Source: Anaerolineaceae bacterium
GTDB lineage: Bacteria > Chloroflexota > Anaerolineae > Aggregatilineales > Phototrophicaceae
NCBI GenBank assembly: GCA_020634135.1
Contig: JACKCG010000007.1
Location: 81,550 to 145,549, forward strand
Direction of reading: 5' to 3'
DNA: 64,000 nucleotides
The first letter of the stretch is position 1; every line of letters begins with the position of its first letter. Below are positions 56,232-64,000 of this stretch, in pieces. The notes beneath the pieces were generated by a model that saw only the letters and a program-made list of their open reading frames with translations, was not told the DNA's origin and made no database searches. The translations under genes and the position numbers were made by a program.

Positions 56232-56237
56232 TATAAT
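56232..56237 (+). promoter_or_regulatory. Candidate -10 box (TATAAT) positioned for a leaderless or near-leaderless ECF sigma mRNA
   Basis: A perfect TATAAT sits 9 nt upstream of the ATG at 56247, with no Shine-Dalgarno in between. A possible -35 TTGTGA (56209-56214) has 17-nt spacing. Confidence 0.3.
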
Positions 56238-56246
56238 GATTCAATT

Positions 56247-56783
56247 ATGAACACAAATCCGCACATAGCTGACTGCACAGAAACGGAAACCACGGAAACC
56301 GATTGGGAAGCGGTATACCGCGAACAAATGCCCCGAATCTATAACTTTTTCCGCTACCGCGTAGGCGATGGGCAGCTAGCTGAAGACCTGACGGCTTCCG
56401 TCTTTGTAAAAGCGTGGCGAAACAGAGATCAGTATTCGCGCAACCTGGGCGCATTCTCCACATGGCTGTTCACTATCGCCCGCCACACCGCCATAGATTA
56501 CTTTCGCCAACATCACATTGAACTTCCGTTAGAGATGGCCGTAACTCAGCCTGAAAACACACCTGTTGAAGAAATTATTCAGCAAAGAAGTGATTTTACA
56601 CGGCTCTCAGGACTGCTTCAGCGTTTATCTGCTCGCGAACGGGAGTTGATTTCCCTCAAATACGGCGGTGAATGTACGAACCGGGCCATCGCCACGCTGA
56701 CCGGTCTGAGCGAATCAAATGTCGGAACTATCCTGTATCGTGTGGTGCAAAAACTCCGAGGACAATGGGAATCTGAACCATGA
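56247..56783 (+). CDS. ECF-type RNA polymerase sigma-70 family factor
   Basis: IYNFFRYRVGDGQLAEDLTASVFVKAW, WLFTIARHTAIDYFR, and region 4 CTNRAIATLTGLSESNVGTILYR. Confidence 0.9.
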   Translation: MNTNPHIADCTETETTETDWEAVYREQMPRIYNFFRYRVGDGQLAEDLTASVFVKAWRNRDQYSRNLGAFSTWLFTIARHTAIDYFRQHHIELPLEMAVTQPENTPVEEIIQQRSDFTRLSGLLQRLSARERELISLKYGGECTNRAIATLTGLSESNVGTILYRVVQKLRGQWESEP

Positions 56784-59041
56784 GCGATGACTTCTTACAT
56801 AAATTCCGGGAAGAACCACGCCCTGAGTTTACTGAATCCTTGTACAAACAACTCAATCAGGAGGCAGATGACATGATGTTATCAGTCAGTGTACCAACCC
56901 TGTCCATAAATGGTCGTCATACCCGCTCCCGGTCGCATACCACAAACCACTCGCTGGCTTTAATCGCGGCTACTTTTGCCCTCGTGATCTTAGGGGCAAT
57001 TCTGCTTTACATGGCGAATGCGGGCACTCCACACCCCACCATACTCACACAGATTGACACCGAAATATCGTTGGACGACCTGCCAACAATCACCCGTGAA
57101 AACGCCAACCGGCTAGTGCAAATCAAACAGATTGGCGAGGGCGCGGTGAATCAGATTGTCTGGTCACCAGATGGCAAAACACTGGCCGCCGCCGGAACGC
57201 TTGGTGTATGGCTCTATGACACCAGCGCGTGGGACACTTCCCCACTGCTGTTAATGCAATCAGCGGACATTGGGGCGGAACGCCAGGTTACCTTCAGCGC
57301 AGACGGAACACTGTTGGCAGCTTCGGATGGAGCGGCTATCCACATCTGGGATACAAGTACATGGGGATTAACACTCATCCTGGAAGGACACACCAATACC
57401 GTTACCGCCCTGGCCTTCAGCCCGGATAGCTCGACTCTAGCCTCCAGCAGTGGCGATTTCGGGGTTGCAGACAGCGAATACACTGTTCGATTATGGGATA
57501 CACAAAGTGGCGCTCAGCAAGTTGTTCTCACTGATACGGACGGAGTCATACAGAGTCTGGCCTTCAGCCCTGATGGCGCCCTGTTAGCGGCAGCCTGCTG
57601 GTGTGAAGATGAGAAGAGTCGGGTATGGAATTTGCAGTCCGGTGAACGGATTCAGCAACTGGAGCATACCGGCGGGGCATACGCGAAACAAGACCTGGTT
57701 TTCAGCCCTGATGGCGGGTCGTTGGCACAGGGAGACAGGTGGGGTGTGAACCTGTGGAACACAGTGACCGGAGAACAAATCGAGCAAGTAAAGCGTACAG
57801 AATCTGTTCCGCTCAATCTCCAGGATATAGTCTATAGTTCGGATGGCGGATTGTTGGCTTTTGGTAGCTGGAACTACGGGATAAACGTTTGGGATACTCA
57901 GGCAAAGGAATTCCTGCCCCGATCCCAGGAACAACAGTCTCTGCTTGAGGTAGACAGCTTAACATTTAATCCAAGTGGGGAACAGATAGCAACTCTGACC
58001 AACGGCAATCTGGTTCAAATTTGGGATACCTATTCCGGCGAAGAACTCGCTCATATTCAGGATTGGACGGGGCAGGTTCGCGCCCTCATCAGCGCCAACG
58101 GTCAGTCTATTGTCGCGCATTCGACACGAGGCGGAGTGATTAGTGTGTACGACAGCGCGAATGGTACACTGCGCCGCCAGATAGATACCGGATTGAGTCG
58201 CATCTTTTATCACGGAGTTGCTCTCAGTTCAGATAATACCACCCTGGCATATGTGGGATGGAATGCCTCACTATTGAATACAGTGCCAATTACCACTAGT
58301 ACGCCGATCAGCTTAACCAATATTTCAACCGGTGAAATCCGTTCATTGGGCGAAGATTCAAAAGGTGGCTATCTACTGGCGATCAGCCCGGACGGAATAC
58401 ACCTGGCGAGTGCATCACCTCTTACCCCGACATCAGTACAAATCTGGGACATCGCAGATCCAGAAATCCCTGTATCGGTCTTCCAGACCCACCTGGAACT
58501 CGATCCCCCAGCGATCCAGACGCCGAATGACATCCGGTACTCCCCCGACGGCCTATACCTGGTTCTGGAATATGTATCTGGTGAGATGTCCGTTATCAGG
58601 GCAGATACGGGCGAACCGGTGAGTGAATTCAGACCACCAAGTGATGTTGATACCACATCAGGCAGCTTTCATGATCTGCTCACTGCGATCAGCCCAGATG
58701 GGATGCGGCTTGTCACAATGTACAATGCACCGTATGACACGCCCGAAGATGGGGCTGCAATTTATATCTGGGACATAGAAAGCGGCGAGCTTCTGAACAC
58801 CTTCCAAGCGAGCGCACTTGGTATCGCTGACCCCATCTTCAGCCCGGATGGGCGGTTGCTGGTGCTGGCGATGGTCAATAAAACAGAAATTCTGGATGCT
58901 GAAACTGGCGAGAGTCTTTTCCTTAGCGATCAATCCGGCCTTTTGTCTGCCAGCTCAATCGCGTTTGACCCTGACGGGCGGTTTATCGTAACAGGTGGCT
59001 GGGATGGCATTATCCGGGTGTGGGGTGTACTGCCGAAATAA
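56780..59041 (+). CDS. Anti-sigma-like membrane protein with a large WD40/beta-propeller extracytoplasmic domain
   Basis: 4-bp ATGA overlap with the sigma gene. One TM (LALIAATFALVILGAILLYM), then ~13 (F/W/Y)SPDG...-type blades ending in GGWDGIIRVW. Confidence 0.8.
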   Translation: MSDDFLHKFREEPRPEFTESLYKQLNQEADDMMLSVSVPTLSINGRHTRSRSHTTNHSLALIAATFALVILGAILLYMANAGTPHPTILTQIDTEISLDDLPTITRENANRLVQIKQIGEGAVNQIVWSPDGKTLAAAGTLGVWLYDTSAWDTSPLLLMQSADIGAERQVTFSADGTLLAASDGAAIHIWDTSTWGLTLILEGHTNTVTALAFSPDSSTLASSSGDFGVADSEYTVRLWDTQSGAQQVVLTDTDGVIQSLAFSPDGALLAAACWCEDEKSRVWNLQSGERIQQLEHTGGAYAKQDLVFSPDGGSLAQGDRWGVNLWNTVTGEQIEQVKRTESVPLNLQDIVYSSDGGLLAFGSWNYGINVWDTQAKEFLPRSQEQQSLLEVDSLTFNPSGEQIATLTNGNLVQIWDTYSGEELAHIQDWTGQVRALISANGQSIVAHSTRGGVISVYDSANGTLRRQIDTGLSRIFYHGVALSSDNTTLAYVGWNASLLNTVPITTSTPISLTNISTGEIRSLGEDSKGGYLLAISPDGIHLASASPLTPTSVQIWDIADPEIPVSVFQTHLELDPPAIQTPNDIRYSPDGLYLVLEYVSGEMSVIRADTGEPVSEFRPPSDVDTTSGSFHDLLTAISPDGMRLVTMYNAPYDTPEDGAAIYIWDIESGELLNTFQASALGIADPIFSPDGRLLVLAMVNKTEILDAETGESLFLSDQSGLLSASSIAFDPDGRFIVTGGWDGIIRVWGVLPK

Positions 59042-59072
59042 CAAGGTCAGAATAGCGCATTCGTGTTTACAG

Positions 59073-59107
59073 TTCCCCTCTTTATTACATTAGAGAGGGG
59101 AATTTTG
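59073..59107 (+). terminator. Rho-independent terminator
   Basis: TTCCCCTCT / AGAGGGGAA stem followed by TTTTG. Confidence 0.7.
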
Positions 59108-59180
59108 ACTCACTCGCTAATCCCCATTTTCTGCTATGATACATTTTCTCTCAATTGCACGGACTATTTCATAACGCAAC

Positions 59181-60077
59181 ATGCCCATCTTCGGATTTCT
59201 CAACATCAACAAGCCCGCCGGAATGACCAGTCATGATGTCGTCGCGAAGGTGCGCCGGGGGCTGAAAGTCAAAAAAGTCGGCCACGCTGGAACACTCGAC
59301 CCAATGGCAACCGGTGTGTTAGTCGTGTGCCTGGGTAGTGCAACCCGGCTGAGTGACTATATCATGCACGGCACGAAACGCTACACCGCCCGTATGCACC
59401 TGGGCATCACCACCGATACCTACGACGCCGAAGGGGCAATACTCGAAGAACGCAATGCGGCGTCAATCAACCGCGAGGATGTCGAACGGACATTAGCCGC
59501 GTTCCGAGGAGACATTCAGCAGATTCCCCCGATGTACAGCGCCATCAAACAGGGTGGGCGAAAGCTCTATGACCTGGCGCGCGCCGGGCAAACAGTGGAA
59601 CGCGAGCCACGCGCAGTCACCATCACTACCCTGGATATACTCAATTGGCAGCCCCCACAGTTCACGCTGGATGTCGAATGCAGTGCCGGGACATATATCC
59701 GCAGCCTCGCCTATGATCTGGGAGCGGCGCTGGGAGTTGGGGCACACCTCGCCGGACTGACCCGCACCGCCAGCGGGAATTTCACCCTCGAAAACGCGGT
59801 AGAACTGGAAACGCTCCTCACGTCACAAGACTGGGAAACTAATCTCATATCACCCAAAGTGGCGCTGGCGGGCTGGCCTTCGATACAGCTCGATGACGTG
59901 AGTATCGCTCATATTCAGCATGGCCGCGAAATCGAGTTTCCTGCCACATACCTCCCCAGCCCGGCAAATCCGGAAAACATCCTGTTTGCTTATACATCCG
60001 ATGGGACTCTGCTCGCCATTCTGGAACAGAGGGCAAATCACCTGCATCCCCGCAAAGTGTTTCTACCCGGCGATTGA
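59181..60077 (+). CDS. truB: tRNA pseudouridine(55) synthase
   Basis: GFLNINKPAGMTSHD, VGHAGTLDPMATGVL (catalytic Asp), and PPMYSAIK. Confidence 0.93.
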   Translation: MPIFGFLNINKPAGMTSHDVVAKVRRGLKVKKVGHAGTLDPMATGVLVVCLGSATRLSDYIMHGTKRYTARMHLGITTDTYDAEGAILEERNAASINREDVERTLAAFRGDIQQIPPMYSAIKQGGRKLYDLARAGQTVEREPRAVTITTLDILNWQPPQFTLDVECSAGTYIRSLAYDLGAALGVGAHLAGLTRTASGNFTLENAVELETLLTSQDWETNLISPKVALAGWPSIQLDDVSIAHIQHGREIEFPATYLPSPANPENILFAYTSDGTLLAILEQRANHLHPRKVFLPGD

Positions 60078-60135
60078 ACCCCCTCACACCTTCGTGTACA
60101 ATCGCGCCAGTTTAGTCACCGCATAGGGCGCTTTC

Positions 60136-61089
60136 ATGAATCACATTTACGACCTTGTCCAGGCGCAAATCCAACAACCTTCTATTGTCACCATTGGTGT
60201 GTTCGATGGTGTGCATCGTGGTCACCAGCATCTCATTCGAAAATTAGTGGAAGCAGCCCAGACCACAAATCGCCAGGCTGTGGTGCTGACGTTTTTCCCG
60301 CACCCGGATATGGTCGTGCGGGGATTGCAGGGACGCTATTACCTCACGTCACCGGAGCAGAAAGCGGCGGAACTGAGTAAGTTGGGTGTGTACTGTGTCG
60401 TGACTCATGCTTTTGACGAGCAGGTACGGCACATCCGGGCGGCGGATTTCGTAGATCGCCTCCTGAAGCACCTGCACATGGCGGAATTATGGGTTGGCTC
60501 TGATTTTGCACTGGGCTACCAGCGTGAGGGCAATGTCTCGTTTCTCAAAGCGCAGGGGGAACAGAAAGGCTTCACCGTCCAGGAGATAGACTTGCTCATG
60601 AATCACGGTGACGTCATCAGCAGCACCACCATTCGTGAGGCAATTCAGGCCGGCGACGTGACTCAGGCAAAAGATTGGTTGGGACGGAGTTACACCGTAA
60701 GCGGTACCGTTGTACATGGTGAAAAACGCGGACGGCAGATTGGCTTCCCTACTGCCAACCTGGAAACGTGGGCAGAACAGGTCATCCCGGCCAACGGGGT
60801 ATACGCAACCTGGGCGACAGTAGGCAGCGAACGGTTTATGGCCGTGACCAACATCGGAGTGCGTCCGACATTTTCCGGGCAGGATGTAACCGTTGAAGCC
60901 CACTTGCTTGATTTCAACCGCGACATTTACGGGCAGGAACTGACCCTGACATTTGAAACGCGGCTGCGCCCCGAACAGCGCTTCAATGGTATTGATGAAC
61001 TCACCACCCAGATCAGGCGCGATGTTGAAGCTGGACGAGATTATCTGAGCCATCAGGCCACTACAAATGCCGGCAGGAACGCGCCTTAA
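60136..61089 (+). CDS. ribF: Bifunctional riboflavin kinase / FMN adenylyltransferase
   Basis: IGVFDGVHRGHQ, FFPHP, GFPTANL and the C-terminal kinase motif RPEQRFNGIDELTTQIRRD. Confidence 0.93.
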   Translation: MNHIYDLVQAQIQQPSIVTIGVFDGVHRGHQHLIRKLVEAAQTTNRQAVVLTFFPHPDMVVRGLQGRYYLTSPEQKAAELSKLGVYCVVTHAFDEQVRHIRAADFVDRLLKHLHMAELWVGSDFALGYQREGNVSFLKAQGEQKGFTVQEIDLLMNHGDVISSTTIREAIQAGDVTQAKDWLGRSYTVSGTVVHGEKRGRQIGFPTANLETWAEQVIPANGVYATWATVGSERFMAVTNIGVRPTFSGQDVTVEAHLLDFNRDIYGQELTLTFETRLRPEQRFNGIDELTTQIRRDVEAGRDYLSHQATTNAGRNAP

Positions 61090-62042
61090 CCTTTGTCGTC
61101 TTTCGGTAGCTTGTAACCCAACCGTCGCATAAGCGCCTCGTCACTGCGCCAGTCTTTCAGCACCTTCACCCGTAGATCGAGATACACCTGAGTCCCCAAT
61201 TCGTGCTGGAGTTCGATACGGGCTTCCGCCCCAAGCTGTTTAATCTTCGCCCCGCCTTTGCCGATGATAATGCCCTTCTGTGACTCGCGTTCAACGTAGA
61301 TCACCGCCGAGATATAGGTCATTTCTTCCGAGCGTTCCTTGTATTCCTCAACCTCAACGGCAACCGAATACGGGATTTCCTTCTCGGTGCTGAGAATGAT
61401 TTTCTCCCGGATAATTTCTGCGGCGATGAAGCGCATGTTGGCTTCGCTCACCTGGTCTGCGGGGTAATAACGCGGGCCAAGCGGCAAACGCGCCATCAGG
61501 TCGGTCACGAGGTCAGCCACACCACTATTCTGCAAAGCACTCACCAATAGCGTATGTTCATGCGGAATCAGCGCCTCATGGGCAGCGATCAAGGCCTCAC
61601 GCCTCTCAGCCGCCAATAAGTCGGCCTTATTCAACGCCAGCACAACCGGTGTATTCCCTCGCAATGTCGCCACCGTTTCCGCGATATGTTTATCGCCCTC
61701 TTGTGGCTCTGTCGAGACATCCAGCACCCATAAAATCAGGTCGGCATCGCGCAGCGCGGCCTCAGCGTCACTCACCATGAATTCACCCAGTTTGTGGTGT
61801 GGTTTATGCAAGCCCGGTGTATCCACAAATATGATCTGGCCGTGTTCGATAGTGAAAATGCCCAACTGCTGTTTGCGTGTGGTCTGCGGCTTTGGGGTGA
61901 CAATAGCGATCTTCTGCCCCAGGATCGCGTTAATCAGGGTAGACTTGCCCACATTCGGGCGGCCCACTACAGCAACCAGGCCAGAGCGGTGATCTTCCGG
62001 CCAATCGTCTTGAAAAATACTATCCAGGTCACGATCCGTCAT
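61086..62042 (-). CDS. era: GTPase Era
   Basis: GRPNVGKSTL (G1), DTPG (G3), NKAD (G4), and the C-terminal KH domain GKGGAKIK. Confidence 0.93.
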   Translation of the reverse strand: MTDRDLDSIFQDDWPEDHRSGLVAVVGRPNVGKSTLINAILGQKIAIVTPKPQTTRKQQLGIFTIEHGQIIFVDTPGLHKPHHKLGEFMVSDAEAALRDADLILWVLDVSTEPQEGDKHIAETVATLRGNTPVVLALNKADLLAAERREALIAAHEALIPHEHTLLVSALQNSGVADLVTDLMARLPLGPRYYPADQVSEANMRFIAAEIIREKIILSTEKEIPYSVAVEVEEYKERSEEMTYISAVIYVERESQKGIIIGKGGAKIKQLGAEARIELQHELGTQVYLDLRVKVLKDWRSDEALMRRLGYKLPKDDKG

Positions 62043-62547
62043 GAGTGTGTTCCGTCTGCCATTCAGCTATAGAAGCATATCGGGGGAGATACTGTAAAAT
62101 ACGTTCTGGAATATTAACAGTCAAATCGGCAATCAGCGCCGTTGGGCGCGCGGCAGGCAGAACAGCCTTATCCTGGGTATACACGAGCACTTCCGGCGGC
62201 AAGGTCAAATCAAATTGCTTGACCGGCACCATGTCCTCTTCACCATCGCTGCGATAACCCAGGACATCCGAACGTGGATGCAGATTGCTCCGGCGATAAA
62301 TAAATGTCCAGGCTTCCTCTCCGGTCAGCATCTCGCCATATTCCAGCGCCACCAGGCCCGGCACCAGCGAAAGATGCGAACGCCCCAGAAAGCGCACCCC
62401 ATAACGCACGATGAGGTCACCACTGGCGACGACCTGTTCTCCCTGCTCCACTGTTGGAATCAATAATTGCGTCGCACCAAACCGGAGAACAGCGCCGGTA
62501 AATGAATCACTGATTGGCTGCTGTTCAGGAATGTTTCGCCCTGGCAA
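62029..62547 (-). CDS. Hypothetical protein (172 aa) overlapping the era start
   Basis: ORF with a 14-bp overlap onto era. No motif recognised, and it is not YbeY (no HGxLHLxGYDH). Confidence 0.5.
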   Translation of the reverse strand: MPGRNIPEQQPISDSFTGAVLRFGATQLLIPTVEQGEQVVASGDLIVRYGVRFLGRSHLSLVPGLVALEYGEMLTGEEAWTFIYRRSNLHPRSDVLGYRSDGEEDMVPVKQFDLTLPPEVLVYTQDKAVLPAARPTALIADLTVNIPERILQYLPRYASIAEWQTEHTHDGS

Positions 62548-62552
62548 ATCGT

Positions 62553-62906
62553 TTACCCGTGAGCTGCTTCAGTGTCTTCGGCATGGTCATCATGATGCTC
62601 CTCATGATGATGGCCGGTATACTGAGGCTCATTGATGTCATCAAAGTGCTTGTATGGCTGGACAATCGCCAGCCAACCTGCGCCGCCCAGGATAAGCAGC
62701 AGCAGCCCGGCAGCAAACAACAGACCAATCGCGTTCGCGTCGGCGCTGCTTCCCTGAATAACCCCAATCCCCAGGGAGGACGCCATCAGAATAAAACCCA
62801 ACCCGGCCACAAGCGACACAACCAGGACAATCGGATGATGATTGGTGCTAATCTTTTCGCTGGTTCTCACTGAAATTTCGCTCCTGTGTTTGGTAAACTG
62901 GCTCAA
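62553..62906 (-). CDS. Small two-TM protein with a His/Asp/Glu-rich C-terminal tail
   Basis: Two hydrophobic helices, then YTGHHHEEHHDDHAEDTEAAHG. Confidence 0.45.
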   Translation of the reverse strand: MSQFTKHRSEISVRTSEKISTNHHPIVLVVSLVAGLGFILMASSLGIGVIQGSSADANAIGLLFAAGLLLLILGGAGWLAIVQPYKHFDDINEPQYTGHHHEEHHDDHAEDTEAAHG

Positions 62907-62967
62907 CTTGCCTAATTTTGCCGCTCTTCCGGCGGCACGTCAAGCCTGATCGGAAAGGGACCAAGCC

Positions 62968-63579
62968 ATGATCGAACGAGTCATGCTCATCCGGCATGGA
63001 GAAACTGACTGGAACGTACAACGCCGCTGGCAGGGGCAAGCCATCGTCCCGCTGAACCAGACCGGGCTGGCCCAGGCACAGGCGCTCGCGGCTTATTTGC
63101 AGGATGCGCCTGTAGCGGAAATCCACAGCAGCGACTTATCGCGTGCATGGGACACTGCCAGTATTGTCGGTGAGGCAATCGGTATTACCCCCAGACCAGA
63201 CCCGCGCTGGCGTGAATTCAGCCTGGGTATCTTTCAGGGATTAACACGAGACGAGATTCAGGAAAAATACCCGGCGGAATATGCCCAATTCCAGAATGAT
63301 CTGTGGAATTATACCATCCCGAACGGCGAATCTCGCCGGAACTTACAAGACCGTGCCTTTGATGCCTGGAAAGCCCTGCTCGCACAACCCGGCGGAGCAG
63401 AAAGGTTGGTCGTCTCTCATGGTGGCACGTTGCGGTTACTCCTTGAGCGTCTGTTCACAGACGACCCGCGCCTGAAAGGCCTCTACCTACCCAACACATC
63501 CATTACCACCCTGGAAAAACAAAGAGATAGCTGGCAGTTGGTCGAACTCGCTACCATGCCGCACTGGACGGAAGCATAA
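62968..63579 (+). CDS. Histidine phosphatase family protein (phosphoglycerate mutase / CobC-like)
   Basis: VMLIRHGETDWN, SSDLSRAWDTA and VVSHGGTLR motifs. Confidence 0.85.
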   Translation: MIERVMLIRHGETDWNVQRRWQGQAIVPLNQTGLAQAQALAAYLQDAPVAEIHSSDLSRAWDTASIVGEAIGITPRPDPRWREFSLGIFQGLTRDEIQEKYPAEYAQFQNDLWNYTIPNGESRRNLQDRAFDAWKALLAQPGGAERLVVSHGGTLRLLLERLFTDDPRLKGLYLPNTSITTLEKQRDSWQLVELATMPHWTEA

Positions 63580-63585
63580 CAAATG

Positions 63586-63619
63586 CCTGCTGGGGACGGG
63601 GAATAGTGTCCCCAGCAGG
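63586..63619. terminator. Bidirectional stem-loop terminator between convergent genes
   Basis: CCTGCTGGGGAC / GTCCCCAGCAGG form a 12-bp perfect stem with a 10-nt loop. Confidence 0.65.
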
Positions 63620-63653
63620 CCGCCAGAAAGAGGATTGAGGGGACAAACCCTCG

Positions 63654-64000
63654 TTACTTGCCACCGCCCGTGTTCTTAAGAGCAGCGTGTGCCGCAGCCA
63701 ACCGTGCGATCGGCACACGGAACGGTGAGCAGCTTACATAATCCAGGCCAACGCGATGGCAGAAATGAACGCTTTGCGGGTCACCACCGTGTTCACCACA
63801 GATGCCGATTTCAATATCCGGGCGAGTCGCACGCCCCTTCTTAGTCGCCAGGTCTACCAGATACCCCACGCCTTCCTCGTCAATAACCTGGAAGGGGTTC
63901 GCCGGCAGGATGCCTGTTTCAACATATTCGAGCAGGAACTTTCCTTCCGCGTCATCACGGCTGATACCGAATGTAGTCTGCGTCAGGTCATTGGTACCGA
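63654..64000 (-). CDS. ppdK: Pyruvate, phosphate dikinase, C-terminal part (5' end beyond window)
   Basis: [21 protein letters not shown]..., [12 protein letters not shown] and [16 protein letters not shown]. The frame is open to nt 64000, beyond the ORF-track start at 63869. Confidence 0.92.
   Translation of the reverse strand, partial: GTNDLTQTTFGISRDDAEGKFLLEYVETGILPANPFQVIDEEGVGYLVDLATKKGRATRPDIEIGICGEHGGDPQSVHFCHRVGLDYVSCSPFRVPIARLAAAHAALKNTGGGK

Noticed and set aside
1-64000. Defence systems, prophage, integrons, toxin-antitoxin pairs, secondary-metabolite (NRPS/PKS/RiPP) clusters
   Set aside because: I recognised no nuclease/helicase/methylase combinations, phage structural genes, integrases, small TA-like pairs or biosynthetic megasynthases. 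The only mobile-element trace is the short IS3 relic.

Overview
Gene-dense bacterial chromosomal window, roughly 90% coding and moderately GC-rich by eye. PT-rich linkers, ECF sigma / WD40 anti-sigma pairs, F420 genes and pervasive start/stop overlaps suggest a Chloroflexota-like organism, but that is inference only. Left part (1-12.6 kb): partial fabH, a GT-C-like membrane protein, an ECF sigma/anti-sigma pair, a Zn-peptidase, a panC-panB-(DUF2520 reductase) operon, purine nucleoside phosphorylase and a two-RCK K+ channel. Core (12.65-43.7 kb): 28 co-directional minus-strand genes. They form a purine catabolic island built on the YqeB/YqeC/MocA/SsnA/YgeY/YgeW/carbamate-kinase marker set, with a xanthine-dehydrogenase-family Mo enzyme, XdhC, adenine deaminase and an 8-oxoguanine-deaminase-like enzyme. 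An F420 biosynthesis/use module (fno-cofE-nitroreductase-cofD-cofC-LLM oxidoreductase) sits inside the island, along with glycosylation genes and several uncharacterised proteins. Right part (43.8-64 kb): ftsB-like gene, tRNA-Val(TAC), dcd, an orphan OmpR-type regulator, a ygfZ-like gene and a guanylate kinase fusion. It also holds a 1,441-aa secreted protein with a Flp/TadE-type prepilin N-terminus, two PA14 domains and five jelly-roll-like modules. Further right are folD, an IS3-type transposase relic next to a repeat-bearing non-coding island, a clan GH-A hydrolase, a second ECF sigma / WD40 anti-sigma pair, truB, ribF, era and partial ppdK. I found no rRNA, CRISPR array, intact mobile element or recognisable defence system. 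The best candidates for undescribed biology are the F420-embedded selenium-marker purine island, including its 588-aa nucleosidase-like protein and YqeC-MocA fusion, and the giant Flp-headed PA14 protein. All family assignments come from motif recognition by eye. No searches were run.
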